Shown piece after piece: positions 23,941 to 36,513 of a DNA stretch of 64,000 bases. The notes below the pieces were generated by a model that saw only the letters and a program-made list of their open reading frames with translations, was not told the DNA's origin and made no database searches. Location: positions 43,290,081 to 43,354,080 of the forward strand of contig NC_068981.1 in the NCBI RefSeq assembly GCF_001194135.2, read 5' to 3'. Position numbers and translations under genes: made by a program. The stretch's first letter is position 1; each line of letters begins with the position of its first letter. Origin of the DNA: Octopus bimaculoides (lineage: Eukaryota).

Positions 23941-25038
23941 GTCTATATTACCAGATGACAAAAAATAGAGACCAATAAATTATTACTCTTTGAGACTCAT
24001 TTAACTAATGCAAGTACAGAAAAAAAAAATATATAATGATGATGATGATGATGAAGATGATGATGTTGATGGTGGGGGTGATGATGATGACAGTGACAAT
24101 GAAGGGGACGATGACGACGACGATGATGAAACGTATGTTGCCAAAATATATAATGAAACACATTGGGTTTGAAATGTAGACCTATGAGCTGATGGAAGCT
24201 TAATACCATACTTATTGATCCATATTGTTTCTGTCAGCTAGTTTGCTTCGTTGAATGTCTCAAAGGACCCTTATTTAGTAGAACTCAGACAATTTTATCT
24301 TCAACCTAAAAACTGTTCAGTTAATTTTTGTGTTTTTGTGCCTTTTTTTTTTTTATAGCACACTGGATACTGAGTTAGAATGTATCAAAGCAGCTGTTAA
24401 AGATGGGTGGGAGCTGGAGGAAGATGTGATTAAAACTTTTATATATTCACAGCAGACAACATTTTGGATGAGAAATGTTTTGATTATAGACACTTATATT
24501 ATAAACTAAATATAAAACCATAGAGATTTCAAGTGTAATATTATGGAAATTGCAAATATCTCTAGGAGTGCAATTTCCTTAAGTATTGTTCAACTCCTTG
24601 AAGAAAGCAGTTCACCAAATTAGATTATTTAAGCAAAGTCATAAAACAATTTAATTGTATAAAGTTCTGCTTATCGGATATATACTTTGTTGTCTCTGAC
24701 GCAGTGGACGTTAGCTAATGGTGATCGCTAGACAATAATAAACTATATGTTTTATGGCCAATATATTGCTGTCATTTTCCATTATGCTTATAGTACTACT
24801 TCTTGCAGATTAAATAATGCTACAGTAAATATCAGGTGCATAAGAAATGAAAAATACTGTTATATTAAAGCTTAATTCTTATACATTACTTTCTACTCTA
24901 TGCCTCTATTGGTTCAAAATAGGCAAACTAGCTAATTTAACATTATTGTCTTGCATTTCTTCACCCTTCTCAGAGACGGGTAATTAAAGTATACACATTT
25001 GGTGGGGGGGAAATGATAAGACAGCAGTGCAAAAGGAG

Positions 25039-25136
25039 ATTAGGCGTTTGAAAAACTGTTTAGTACAGTACTTCAGATTTATTAACCATTCTCCAACTCA
25101 ATACTCTCTCCTTCTGCTTCACTCCTTCTCTTGTTC

Positions 25137-25198
<62 letters not shown>

Positions 25199-25230
25199 CT
25201 TTTCTTTCTCTTTCTATTTATATCTGCCAT
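25039..25230 (+). repeat. Local duplication, copy 1 (copy 2 at 26217-26365)
   Basis: attaggcgtttga(a/g)aaactgtttagtacagtacttcagatttattaacc..ctcaatactctctccttctgcttcac..gccat at both loci. Confidence 0.85.
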
Positions 25231-25960
25231 ACAATCATGTCAGAATCTCTTTATTGTACTAAAAGACCACCAGTATACAGAAAAACATTCTAAAAATTGG
25301 AAAAAAATGGTGTTACTGTTTGCAAGGATAATAAAAATATCTAAGATTTGTGAGGATAACCCTTGATAAGAAAAATAATAGAGCTTCTTAAAACTTAGAA
25401 TATTTCTTCATTTTATGGAATATGAGCAAACCTCACATTTAACTTTTTTTACAGAATTGACTTTCTTTTTGCTCAGACCACTGGTAATTTCTAAGAATTT
25501 TTGTAACTACAGTGATGTTTTTTCACCAACTTTACTGCTTACACTTGATTTAAGCATTAGTTGTGAAGGTTTATTTTTTCTTGGTAACATTTCATTTAGA
25601 ATAAATCTACATGTAGCTTTTAATCTTTGAATTCTACCATTTAAATTTTGAAAATATTCACATAGTGAGAAGCAGTTAAAGAGTTAACCAAATTTGGCAG
25701 ATCATTCTCCTGACTGTGATTGGCTAGATTTTTGTAACATTTTCTTTCACAGAAATATACGAGGCCAATAGCAGTGGCAGTTTTAAGTTGTCACTGTACT
25801 CAGTGGATGATTTGTTAAAACGCTCAAGCTATCTTAGCTCTGGTAACAATGGTCAGATGATATTTTCTTATGATGTTTAATAAGGCCAAAATATATCTAA
25901 AGTTATTGTGGTGCTGTCAAAGATTAGACTCACTCCCCACTATATTTTGTATCTTATTCA

Positions 25961-26200
25961 TCATCATCATCACCGTTTAACGTCCGCTTTCCATGCTAGC
26001 ATGGGTTGGACGATTTGACTGAGGACTGGTGAACCACATGGCTACACCACGCTCCAATCTGATTTGGCAGAGTTTCTACAGCTGGATGCCCTTCCTAACG
26101 CCAACCACTCCGAGAGTGTAGTGGGTGCTTTTATGTGCCACTGGCACGAAGGCCAGTCAGGAGGTACTGGCAACAGCCATGCTTGAAATGGTGCATTTTA
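25961..26200 (-). mobile_element. RTE 3'-tail element
   Basis: catcatcaccgtttaacgtccgc..ctggatgcccttcctaacgccaaccactcc..gggtgcttttatgtgccac. Confidence 0.9.
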
Positions 26201-27178
26201 CGTCCAGCGAATTTACATTAGGCGTTTGAGAAACTGTTTAGTACAGTACTTCAGATTTATTAACCCTTCTCGAGCTCAATACTCTCTCCTTCTGCTTCAC
26301 ACCTCCTCTTGTTCTTTCTTTCTTCTCTTTCTCTCTCTCCTTCTCTTTCAATCTATATTTGCCATATCAATTCAAACTCTGGGAGTTGTTGCCTTGCCTT
26401 TCTTAATCAGAGTTAATTATGATTATAAAGTCTTTTACTCCTCGCTACCAGTGTAATTTTAACTACTATAAACCTCTAAAGTCTAAAGTTAGTGGGACAT
26501 ATAGTTTATGGTATTTGACAGCACACATTTTGTCCTATGCACTTTCACCCCTGCCCCAGAATTGAGTACTGAAAATTTATTATGCTCTAGATTATTTCTT
26601 CTTATTATATATCAATATATTTGATAGAAAATGAAACATTAAAAACTAATATATATTAGAATTTCTATTCTTGCTGAGGTTGTGCATCAGTGTCTGTGAT
26701 ACATAGTATTGTAAAGAATTTAAGGCAACTGAAAGCCCAAAATTGAGATGCACATAATATGCAGTAGTGTATTATGAAATAATAAACATGTGTGCATATA
26801 TGTATGCATATTTGTATGTATACATGTTTGTGTGTGTGTATGCATATATGTATGCATGTTGGTATGTATGTATGTATGTATGTATGTATGTGTGTATGTA
26901 TGTATGCATGCATGTTTGTATGTATATATGACTTTAAACTGCATCTGGTAGTGGAGTCTTGGTGCAGGAGTTCCAAGGTTTTGAAGAATGTGGAACTACC
27001 TCTTAGCCACTACAATTCTCACGTCTGCTCTGGCATGTTAAAGTTCCTGAAATATCCCTACTTCTCATTAGGAGAAGGTACAATTGTTTAAAAATCCTGA
27101 AGTTCTGTTCCATTGGTTTTATAACTGATATTGCTGCAAACTAGGTTCTGTGCTATGCAATATTCTATCCACTCAAAG

Positions 27179-27396
27179 TCGGTGAGCTGTCAGAAACGTT
27201 AGTATGCCCAGTGAAATGCTTAGCAGTATTTTGTCTGTCTTCATGTTCTGAGTTCAAATTCTGCCAAGGTCGATTTTGCTTTTCATCCTTTCGGGGTCGA
27301 TAAATTAAGTACCAGTTGCATACTGGGGTCGATCTAATTGACTGGCCCCCTTCCCCCAAACATTTCAGGCCTTGTGCCCAGAGGAGAAAAGAATTT
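27179..27396 (+). mobile_element. tRNA-derived SINE with 13-bp TSD
   Basis: Family of 13173; TSD tatccactcaaag at 27166-27178 and 27397-27409. Confidence 0.9.
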
Positions 27397-28379
27397 TATC
27401 CACTCAAAGCAAATTCACACACATGAACCTCTTGGACTCATGGAATGTTTGCATAGATTTGCTGAGTTTAGGAAGTGATTTTACTCAGTCATAAATTGAC
27501 TTCCACCATGTATGCATATAGATATGTATGCATAGATTCTACAAACCCAAAGGATCTTCTGCGTGGTTGCTTCACCAATCCAAATTGATAGAAAGAAAGA
27601 GCAACTGAGTCTTCTCCAAATCACAGTCTACTATCTTAAAAATGAAAAGGTAGACCACACAGTGCAATATTGTTCTAGATGCACAAAAATGCAGGATAGT
27701 CATGGCCAGAATATTATTGATCATAGGTTTGTCCAATTTGGGCAGAGTAGCAGTGGCTAAAAAGCAACAATTACTATGTTAAAGATAAAATATAAAATTT
27801 TATAAAGAATCCATAGAACTAATAATTCAGATATGTATATTCTCTTTAAGAAACAACTAATATTCTTCCCCATTACATTAGATAATTAATCATAATGCCA
27901 TTTGTCAGTAAATTAACTCATCTTGAGTTAATTTTCAAAATTGGTAGAGAGAAAATTAATGTTAAATTTCTTCTGCATTTCTAAGTTGCCAACATGGCTA
28001 TCAGTGAGAATAATTTCTTTTGACTCTGTACAAAATGCTGTAAGGTTTTTACACTTCACTCCCCGAGAATATTAATAGTGTTGACAGAATAAAAAAGAAA
28101 GTCGATGTTCAATGTAAAATGCTTCAATTAATAAAAGGGTCTTCAATATGCTTGTTTACAACTGGTATAATCCTGTAGGTAATTTGAGTGGTTTTTAATT
28201 GTGAACATTCTGATTAACCAGAACTATTTAACAATCCACAGTTTGAGATAATGCTAGCTGAAATCAATCTGAGGTTACTTTTCTTTTGACAACTGCTGTG
28301 GTCATGACTTTGTGATCCCAGTCTCGAATAAAGGCTGCAGTAAAGTTATAAAACCCTTTGGCTAATTATTAGTGCTTCT

Positions 28380-28640
28380 GCCAAGTCTCTGGCTGCATCT
28401 TTTTCAGACCAGCTCTGACTGAATAGAGCTATGATCAAAAGTATTTCAGATATGAGCAAGTTATCTAAATCTTCTGATATTTTTTATTTGGGGCACAGTG
28501 TATTGAGGAACATATTATCCAATGGGTCCTTCATATTTTCAGAACAGTATGATGTGGTATGAAGGAAATCTGGCTGTTGTTTCCAGATGTGTGGCTTGTT
28601 ATATTTCTTTACTTAAAAGCATTAGATTGATTGAACCTGA
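28380..28640 (+). repeat. Unclassified dispersed repeat (related copies ~27540-27770 minus, ~32240-32430 plus)
   Basis: Shared ctatgatcaaa..attccag..gacca and gatttggctgct.tttctag blocks; decayed. Confidence 0.5.
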
Positions 28641-28871
28641 GGATTTATTACGTCTGGAAGCATAAATAACCTTGTATTCAAAATTTTGACTGCTAAATGT
28701 ATGCCCTAATTGTTTTTATATTTTTTTTTTAAATTGACATCAATTTTTCAAAATGCCCTGCATGTGCCAATTTGGCATGTCTTCCTTAAAAGCACTTGTA
28801 TAACTACTAACCATACTATTTCTTGGAAATAGTAAAATGTCTGAAATGATTCTTTTGTCAGTAGGAATGTA

Positions 28872-29079
28872 CAAGGGAGTGGTGAAAAGTTCTTGGCTTT
28901 GGGCAAAAGAACATTAGGAGGATCAGTTAATTACAATTTTATTCAACATATTCCCTCCTCTCTCACACTTATTGCAGTGATCCTTTAGTTTTTCTAAGTC
29001 CTATAAAAGAATTTGGAAGGTTGGGGCTCCAACCAGGTCTTTAATGATGCTCAACCAAGATCTTTTCAGCACCCTGTCG
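28872..29079 (-). mobile_element. Mariner-derived MITE, copy 3
   Basis: TA-caagggagtggtgaaaagttcttggct..cttttcagcaccctgtcg-TA; interior is the reverse complement of the 12428 element. Confidence 0.85.
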
Positions 29080-29104
29080 TATCTAACTCACTCTGTATGT
29101 GATT

Positions 29105-29390
29105 TTCATGTCTGAGTTGGCGATGGACTGGCTCCTGTGCAGGTGACACGTAAAATACACCATTTCAAGCTTGGCTGTTGCCAGTACCCGCCTGACTGGC
29201 CCTCGTGCTGGTGGCACGTAAAAGCACCCCCTACACTCTTGGAGTGGTTGGCGTTAGGAAGGGCATCCAACTGTAAAAAACTCTGCCAAATCAGATTGGA
29301 GCCTGGTGTCACCTCCTGGTCCACCAGTCCTCAGTCAAATCGTCCAACCCATTCTAGCATGGAAAGCGGACGTTAAACAATGATGATGAC
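29105..29390 (+). mobile_element. RTE 3'-tail element with a well-preserved module
   Basis: ttgccagtacccgcctgactggccctcgtgctggtggcacgtaaaagcacc then the standard tail. Confidence 0.9.
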
Positions 29391-31149
29391 AATTGAGTCA
29401 ATTTGTTGTACTTAACCATAACTTCACTTTACTAAAGAATCTTGCATATTCTTCTTTCTTAAATCCCAGCTTTCCATGTTCTGGAGCTTTACTCATACCC
29501 ATTAATGCTAAAAGTGTAGCTGCTTTGTTTGTAATTTTTAACCAATTTTATTATCTAATTTTCTGTGTGTACAGTCTATTTCATCTTTGTCCATTGAATT
29601 TATTATGTGATCAGAAGTAAAACCACTACAGTTTGCACTGTCTCTGACATTATATGAATCACTTGCGCAGATTGTCCTTCTAGATTCTATGAAAATGTTC
29701 AAATAGTTCATGCCTTGGCGATTCAGCTTTACCAATTCCTTGAATTAACTAAAACCAGTGTATTCTGAAGCAGATGGTCAGATGACCTTACCTACTGGAC
29801 AGGCACAACATATCGCATAATTTCAATGCTTTGCTCTGCTTTAATGTTGCATAAATACTGTTGCAATATTTATATTGTAATAAAGCTGAACCAAGACATG
29901 AATGCTTGTGTTCTTGTTTCTCCTTGAATTACATGACAAACGGGATTTTATTTTTATTGTCAAAATGCAGGAAATACAAATGAGTGTCGTTAATTTGTTA
30001 CCAGCCAATCAGTAACCACCAGTCTCTATATCAATTTCAATTAATTAAAGTTTGGGGATTGACCCTCTAATCATCTTTGCTGTATTTGTTATTACCACTA
30101 AGGGTGAAATTTCAATGAAATAAAATTCCATGTATTACTACTTTAAGTTTTCTAGTACCCACTTGACTAAATCTGTGGAGTGTGTGCATGTATATGTGTG
30201 TGTGTGTGTGTGTATGTGTGTGTGTGTGTGAATGTGTGTGCATGTATGCATGTGTGTGTGCGTGCATGCGTGCGTCCGTGCGTGTGTGAGTGCGTGTGTG
30301 TGGCACTACTTTTAAGTTTACCATTTTATAGACAGAGATTGATAAAATAACTGATGTAAGTATTGCAGACAATGTGATCAGTTAAGAAAACAGGTTTGAC
30401 GCTGGTACTTTAGCATAGGAACAGTTCAATACCTGAAACAAGCAAAGAAGAAGGAAGAGCATTTGATTGACCAGATGAAGCATGGAAAAGCAGATGTTAA
30501 AACAACGATGATGATATTCCTGAATATTTTACATTTTCTCAAATATTTCAAATGTAAAAGATTCTGTCTCTGCTTTCCGAATAGCACTGTAAGTTGTAGC
30601 CTGGGCTCACTGGTCTATTAGATAAATGCTAGTAATATGATATAGTTAATTAGCTCAAATATATATGTCCCTTTCAGAAATTAACTGAAATTCTGGTCAT
30701 AAGAAATATATATTTCAGGAGAGTAGAAATAGTTAAGTGCTTGATTGATTCTTCTACATTTTGAATTCAAGTGCTACTGCTGTCTACAATGCAACTAATT
30801 CTTATAAAGCAATAAATTAAGTATTAGTATTATAGTGAGGTTGATTGAATGTAATTTCTTTAAAGACTTAATCTCTTTAAGAATGGTATTAATCTTATTC
30901 CTTTTTAGGGCCTCCAAGACTGGAACAAAGAAAGAAAAAAGTTAGCAGCAGACCAGAGGCTTGGACTGGATGTTTGTAGTTGAGAGGACAATGCTACAGG
31001 CACACAATGGCCAGATGGTGGTGTTAAACCTGGTAACAAATGAAGTCTACTGCCCCCAAATGAGAAAGATCATTCTAACAGTCTTGTACACAGTTACTGT
31101 CTAACAAATACCACTAAAGATAAAGGAATAAAGCTTTCTCAGGTTCCAG

Positions 31150-31350
31150 GTTCTCTGGAGTATATAATCCCAGCTGGATTGGATGCCAGCCTCTCACAGG
31201 AATACTCATTCTGGCCAGCTGAATGAATGGGAGCAATGTAAAATGAAATGTTTAGCTCAAGAACACAATACATCATCTGGTCCAAGAATTGAAATCACAA
31301 TCTTACGATCTTGAGTCCACCATTGTAAACACTAAGCCATGCACTTCCAC
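31150..31350 (-). mobile_element. Decayed tRNA/CORE-like SINE (another family)
   Basis: Reverse of gtggaagtgcatggcttagtg..gtaagattgtgatttcaattc..ttgagctaaacatttcattttacattgctccc. Confidence 0.6.
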
Positions 31351-34177
31351 ATCAAATGCCACTTTCAAGGCTTTAGTAGACCAGTGGCTATGGTAGAAGA
31401 CATTCTCCCAAGGTGGCATTGAATTGAAACCATGTTGTGAAGTGAACTTCTTAACTATAAAGCCATGTTTTGTATCTCAGGAAAAGAAAAGAAAAAAGAA
31501 AACAAAAAGTAATTCTCGATATTTACCTGATACAGTTGAATCATTTATTGACTATTCTTTTCATGAATATCTTCCTTTTCAGCAGATTTACATTGTTTCA
31601 TTATGTTGTATATACATTAATTCAGCATTGAATTTAACTAACACAGATTTAATGGTTTATTCCATTTCAATACAAAAGAGATTGCTAAAGAAGAAGGAAA
31701 ATAACAAAAGAAAAATTCCTATAGAACAATAACTCAGCACATTGTTTATGCATAAAAGAAAAGAAGCTATACAAATATAATGACATATAAAAGAAAAATA
31801 TAATTATATCTAGCAAGTACATAATTAAATGCAGCCAAAGCATAATTGGGATATAGAGTAAACATAATTTTTCTGGGGGACAACAATAATATACAAGTGT
31901 GGGGAGTTCACAATAAAATATAGGACAAAGGTGACGATTTACAGAATATACTGTACAGTAACACAAGGTTTATATTAGCACTTCAAATAAATTCACATCA
32001 ACTTAATGAGTTAACATTGACTTCACATCCACTTAAGAAGAATTGATATCTTTGATGATAAACAAAGATATTTTATACCTTTTCATCAATTGCTGTATCA
32101 GAAAGAATGCCATAGATGACCGAGCTTATAGCCTAATAGAAAATCAGCTAAAGGGCTGGCAGTTTATAACCAAGTATCGCTGACAATGTCATGGTATCAA
32201 TAGCCAATATAGTTTACTCTCAATGGCCTGTTATTATTGCTGTTTGCCTCAAATCAGCCTTGACTCAGTAGATTTGGGACCAAAGGCATTCCAGCTTTGA
32301 CCATCTTACTTTATAGACAGTATTTCGATATTTTCTTTATTAAATGTGTCCTTTCTCCTTTTAAGATTGTGGTATTTGACACAAAAGTGATTTGGCTGCT
32401 ATCTCTAGCAGATTGAGTGTTCGTATGTAAGCTCCCTTAGTTGATTGTCTATATGCAAATAGCCCTTATTTGTTTCTTTTTATCATTTCGTCAGGAGGAG
32501 AAGCACTGCTCATGGCTCTTTACATGGCCTCCGACACTATGGAGAGAAGAAAGGTACGCTTAATTCAGAGATCTGGTCTAAATGTTAAAGGCTGTTAAGC
32601 ACCAGGTGATCGTGTTAAATTGGGTGATGGATTACACTTACCACCCAAGTGGATATAATTTAGGCTCAAAAAGCAAAGTGGAACAAATACTATGAGGTAT
32701 CTAAGCTGATGCTTCTACAATTCTGCCATTCCACTACATCAGATCTGTACTTATCAATCCCAGAAGGATAAAAGGAAAATTTGTCTGCAGTGAATGAGAT
32801 TTGAACTCATAACACAAGAAGCTTGAATAAATACCACAAAGCATTTCGCTATTGCTCTTATGAATGTGCCAATTCACTAATTAGTAACATTTTGAAACTG
32901 ATAAATACATTTTATTAGTTTGCTGTAAGGAAGTCAAACTTCTCTTGTAGTCAAGGTGAGTAAAGGTGTTGACTTTCTCAACTCTCATCCAGTGTATGGA
33001 AGTATACCATGGTACCTTCTGTGGTTCTTGACCGAAGAGGCTATCCCCTTTCTAAAATATTATTCGAAAGTGTTGTAGTATACATGTACTTATTCTTGTA
33101 TCGAATATGCTATATCATTTGGGTTATATCCTAGCCTCTGGAGATGATGTTAGCCTATAGCAAATTTTGCATATCGAAGAATTTTTTACGGAGAACTCCA
33201 AGTTAGCAAAGCACTTATTACTGGTCACTGTTGTTTACATCGGTGAATTTGATGCTTGTTTGCAAGTATATAGCTCTGGTCACTGGAAGCTATGTTATTT
33301 TGCCAGAAACACAGCTAAATATCATGAATGAAAAACAGAAAAAAGAAAAAGCCTTATTTACAATTCTGCTGTATTTATACAGCAGAATTATGAAGCTAAA
33401 AACCTCAAAACTGTGATTTTATTCTTGTTGTTGTTGATGATGATGAAGATGATAAAGATGATGATGATGACAACAGGATACTAATAGATAAATAAAAAGC
33501 AAAAAGTCTCTCTGTTTCGGAATTAATTCATTAAAATTTAGACATCTGATCTTTAAATTATTAATTTTTATGAAGGTCAAAATGCTATGTTTTTGTCTTT
33601 GAAAGGTCATCATACTATATTTTCTGAATAAATGTCTAAGATGGAAATATTTGAACTTTTAAGAGTAATTACAAATTTTCTCTCTCCTTTAGAACTCCAG
33701 TTCCTGATTAATGTATTTCCTTTCTATTGGATTATAAAACACTGAATATGACTGGTGATTTCCTACCAGTTTTTAATAAATTTCTCTACTTCTATTATCT
33801 ATTATGGAATATTAATATATCTCTTTATAACTTATATATTTGGATGTAAGATTCTTATTTGTAGATAGATCACTCGAGCTATTCTTCAGCGCAAATGCAG
33901 TGGCCAGAAACATAGTATAACATATCAAAGTACCCTTTAGTTCTGCTTCACCTATGAACAACAAGCAAATGAACAAATTTAATCTCTCAGCAGTTAATCA
34001 AAAGTAAAGTAGCCTTCCCACTTATATTGAAGTGGAGTTGTTTTAGTCGATAATTCACACTAGTGTTGGCAACCTTTCTCTCTTTCTGAAAGGCAAATGA
34101 CACAATTATCACAAATATCAACATCTCTGTTTGGCGTCATTCTACAGTATCCTGATAATAACAATTAAGTATATTAC

Positions 34178-34243
34178 CATTTCATAAAGAGTTTGCTGTT
34201 CACTATATTAGTGAAAAAGGCTTGGAACAAGCAGGCCAATTTC
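34178..34243 (-). CDS. Candidate 66-nt exon
   Basis: aatatttgtag|G..ATG|gtaata; only open frame KLACLFQAFFTNIVNSKLFMK, phase 2-2. Confidence 0.2.
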
Positions 34244-35289
34244 CTACAAATATTTTGAATTAACATAAACTAATGTGTAGAAAAGAATCCACTTAAGAAA
34301 CAAAATAAATCTGACATATTTTGGGCACTGTTTAGAACATAATATTCTACAGAACAGAACAGCAACAATCATTCTTATTTCCTTAACATGAATCTAATGC
34401 TACTTATAAGAGATAGCATGACTATTAGCCTTATACATGAAAATTATTGATTTTCTTCAAAGGTATTTTTTCTTTTTTATATAAGAGATGGAGTGATGCC
34501 AATTCTATTAGCCACAGTATACAACTGGGATTGTGCTGCTATTAAACACGCACCCTAGACTACATATAAACACTACACATATTGAGTTATTACTAGGACT
34601 TGCTAATGCACTACTAACAATACCATTCAGATCTACTAGTCTTCTGTTTACCTCAACCAACAGTACTACAATAGAATCTGAAATAATATGGTGTACCTAA
34701 ACTCAAGACCAAGACCAACTTTTAGCTATAGCCCTTCATCTTTACTATCTATTTACAGTGTCTAATCTCTGCAAATAATTTAAAGAGAAGAAGAGAGACA
34801 TACACACAAACACACACACAGATATATGCTCACATGTGCAAACGCAGGTATATATATATATATATATTAGTTATATTGAGAAAACATATATAGGGTAGAG
34901 AAATTAGAGACATTTTCTACCAGTGACTAGCATGCATAAAATAGTCAATAGACAACATATTCTTCATATAAAATTAGTGTACAATTATACACAAAATAAG
35001 TGACCCTAACAGGACACATTACATGCTAAAAGGAACAGTCAAAGCCCAAACCATGGTTAAAAGTAATTTTGAAGGGGATGAAAAATAAAAACATTTTCAA
35101 TAGTTACCACTTGTACCTAGGTTTTGAACATTAATGATCAAATAAAATAATTTGTTATCCGTTTTCTTCATCAGCAAGGGTTCTAATAATTAACGTGTAA
35201 CTATGGAACAAATAGAAAGCACATGTCTCATCTTTATTCATTCTAATTTTTCATATCCACTGCGCAAGCGCAGTTATAGTCGGCAGCAG

Positions 35290-35680
35290 ATAAAAATTTT
35301 TATTTCCTGACTGGCACATAAGAAGCACTATATGAATGTGGTCGATGCCAGGTCCACCTGATAGGCTCCCATGCTGGTGGCACATAAAAAGCACTATCTG
35401 AATGTGATCGATCCCAGGACTGCTTGACTGGCTCCCGTGCCGGTGGGACATAAAAAGCACTATCCAAATGTGGCTGATGCCAGTGTCCCCTGACTCACTC
35501 CCATGCCGGTTGCACATAAAAAGCATTATCTGAACGTGATCGATACCAGGCTCGCCTGATTGGATCCTGTGCTGGTGGCATTTAGAAAAACACCCACTAC
35601 ACTCTCAGTGGTTAGTGTTAGGAAGGGCATCCAGCTGTAGAAACATTGCCAGATCAGATTGGAGCCTGGTGCAGCTGCTT
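35290..35680 (+). mobile_element. RTE 3'-tail element with 4+ tandem 66-bp modules
   Basis: gcacta register at 35325, 35391, 35457, 35523, ~35590, then ggaagggcatccagctgtagaaac; tail truncated. Confidence 0.9.
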
Positions 35681-36478
35681 TAAGGCCTCTCAGAAAGGTG
35701 CAATGTTATAACATTAACCAGCTATATAAGGCAATTAAAAGAGGGAATGCTACAGAGTATTAACTTAAAGGTGCTGGAAGAAAGTGGGTCATACCGCAAT
35801 GGAAGCAAATGGTGCTAACTTTGATTGGCTGAAAGGTGACTCAGGTGCCTCCTTGAATTCAAAAGTAAAATGTTTACCTGATGTCATCATGGCAAATTAG
35901 TCATTTTGCTCTTGCATGTTTGTGGACTGGAAAATGAAGAGACATACACAAACTGACCAATCATCTTCGGCACAGGGGAAGATAACTCTTTCCCTCTCAG
36001 AATGGTTTTTTTTATTTCAGTTTTTTTCACCAACGAACTGACCAAGAGTGCATATTTACCTCCATTAGTAAAGAGGCTATATGCTTCCTGCTGGCAAGTC
36101 TTATGAGTCACCCACATTGACAAGTGCAATAATAGGTNNNNNNNNNNNNNNNNNNNNNNNNNNNNNNNNNNNNNNNNNNNNNNNNNNNNNNNNNNNNNNN
36201 NNNNNNNNNNNNNNNNNNNNNNNNNNNNNNNNNNNNNNNNNNNNNNNNNNNNNNNNNNNNNNNNNNNNNNNNNNNNNNNNNNNNNNNNNNNNNNNNNNNN
36301 NNNNNNNNNNNNNNNNNNNNNNNNNNNNNNNNNNNNNNNNNNNNNNNNNNNNNNNNNNNNNNNNNNNNNNNNNNNNNNNNNNNNNNNNNNNNNNNNNNNN
36401 NNNNNNNNNNNNNNNNNNNNNNNNNNNNNNNNNNNNNNNNNNNNNNNNNNNNNNNNNNNNTATATATATATATATATG

Positions 36479-36513
<35 letters not shown>

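Noticed and set aside
24680-24750. CpG-containing cloverleaf-like fold
   Set aside because: The stems are short, overlapping and wobble-dependent, and match no RNA family core I recognise
31538-31690. Minus-strand exon with a strong acceptor (ttttccttcttctttag) and donor (cag|gtaaat)
   Set aside because: Stops in all three frames; it could only be non-coding and there is no evidence for that
35290-35600. CRISPR-like appearance of the regularly spaced repeats
   Set aside because: Whole 66-bp units are homologous with no unique spacers, there are no cas genes, and the context is a eukaryotic LINE 3' UTR
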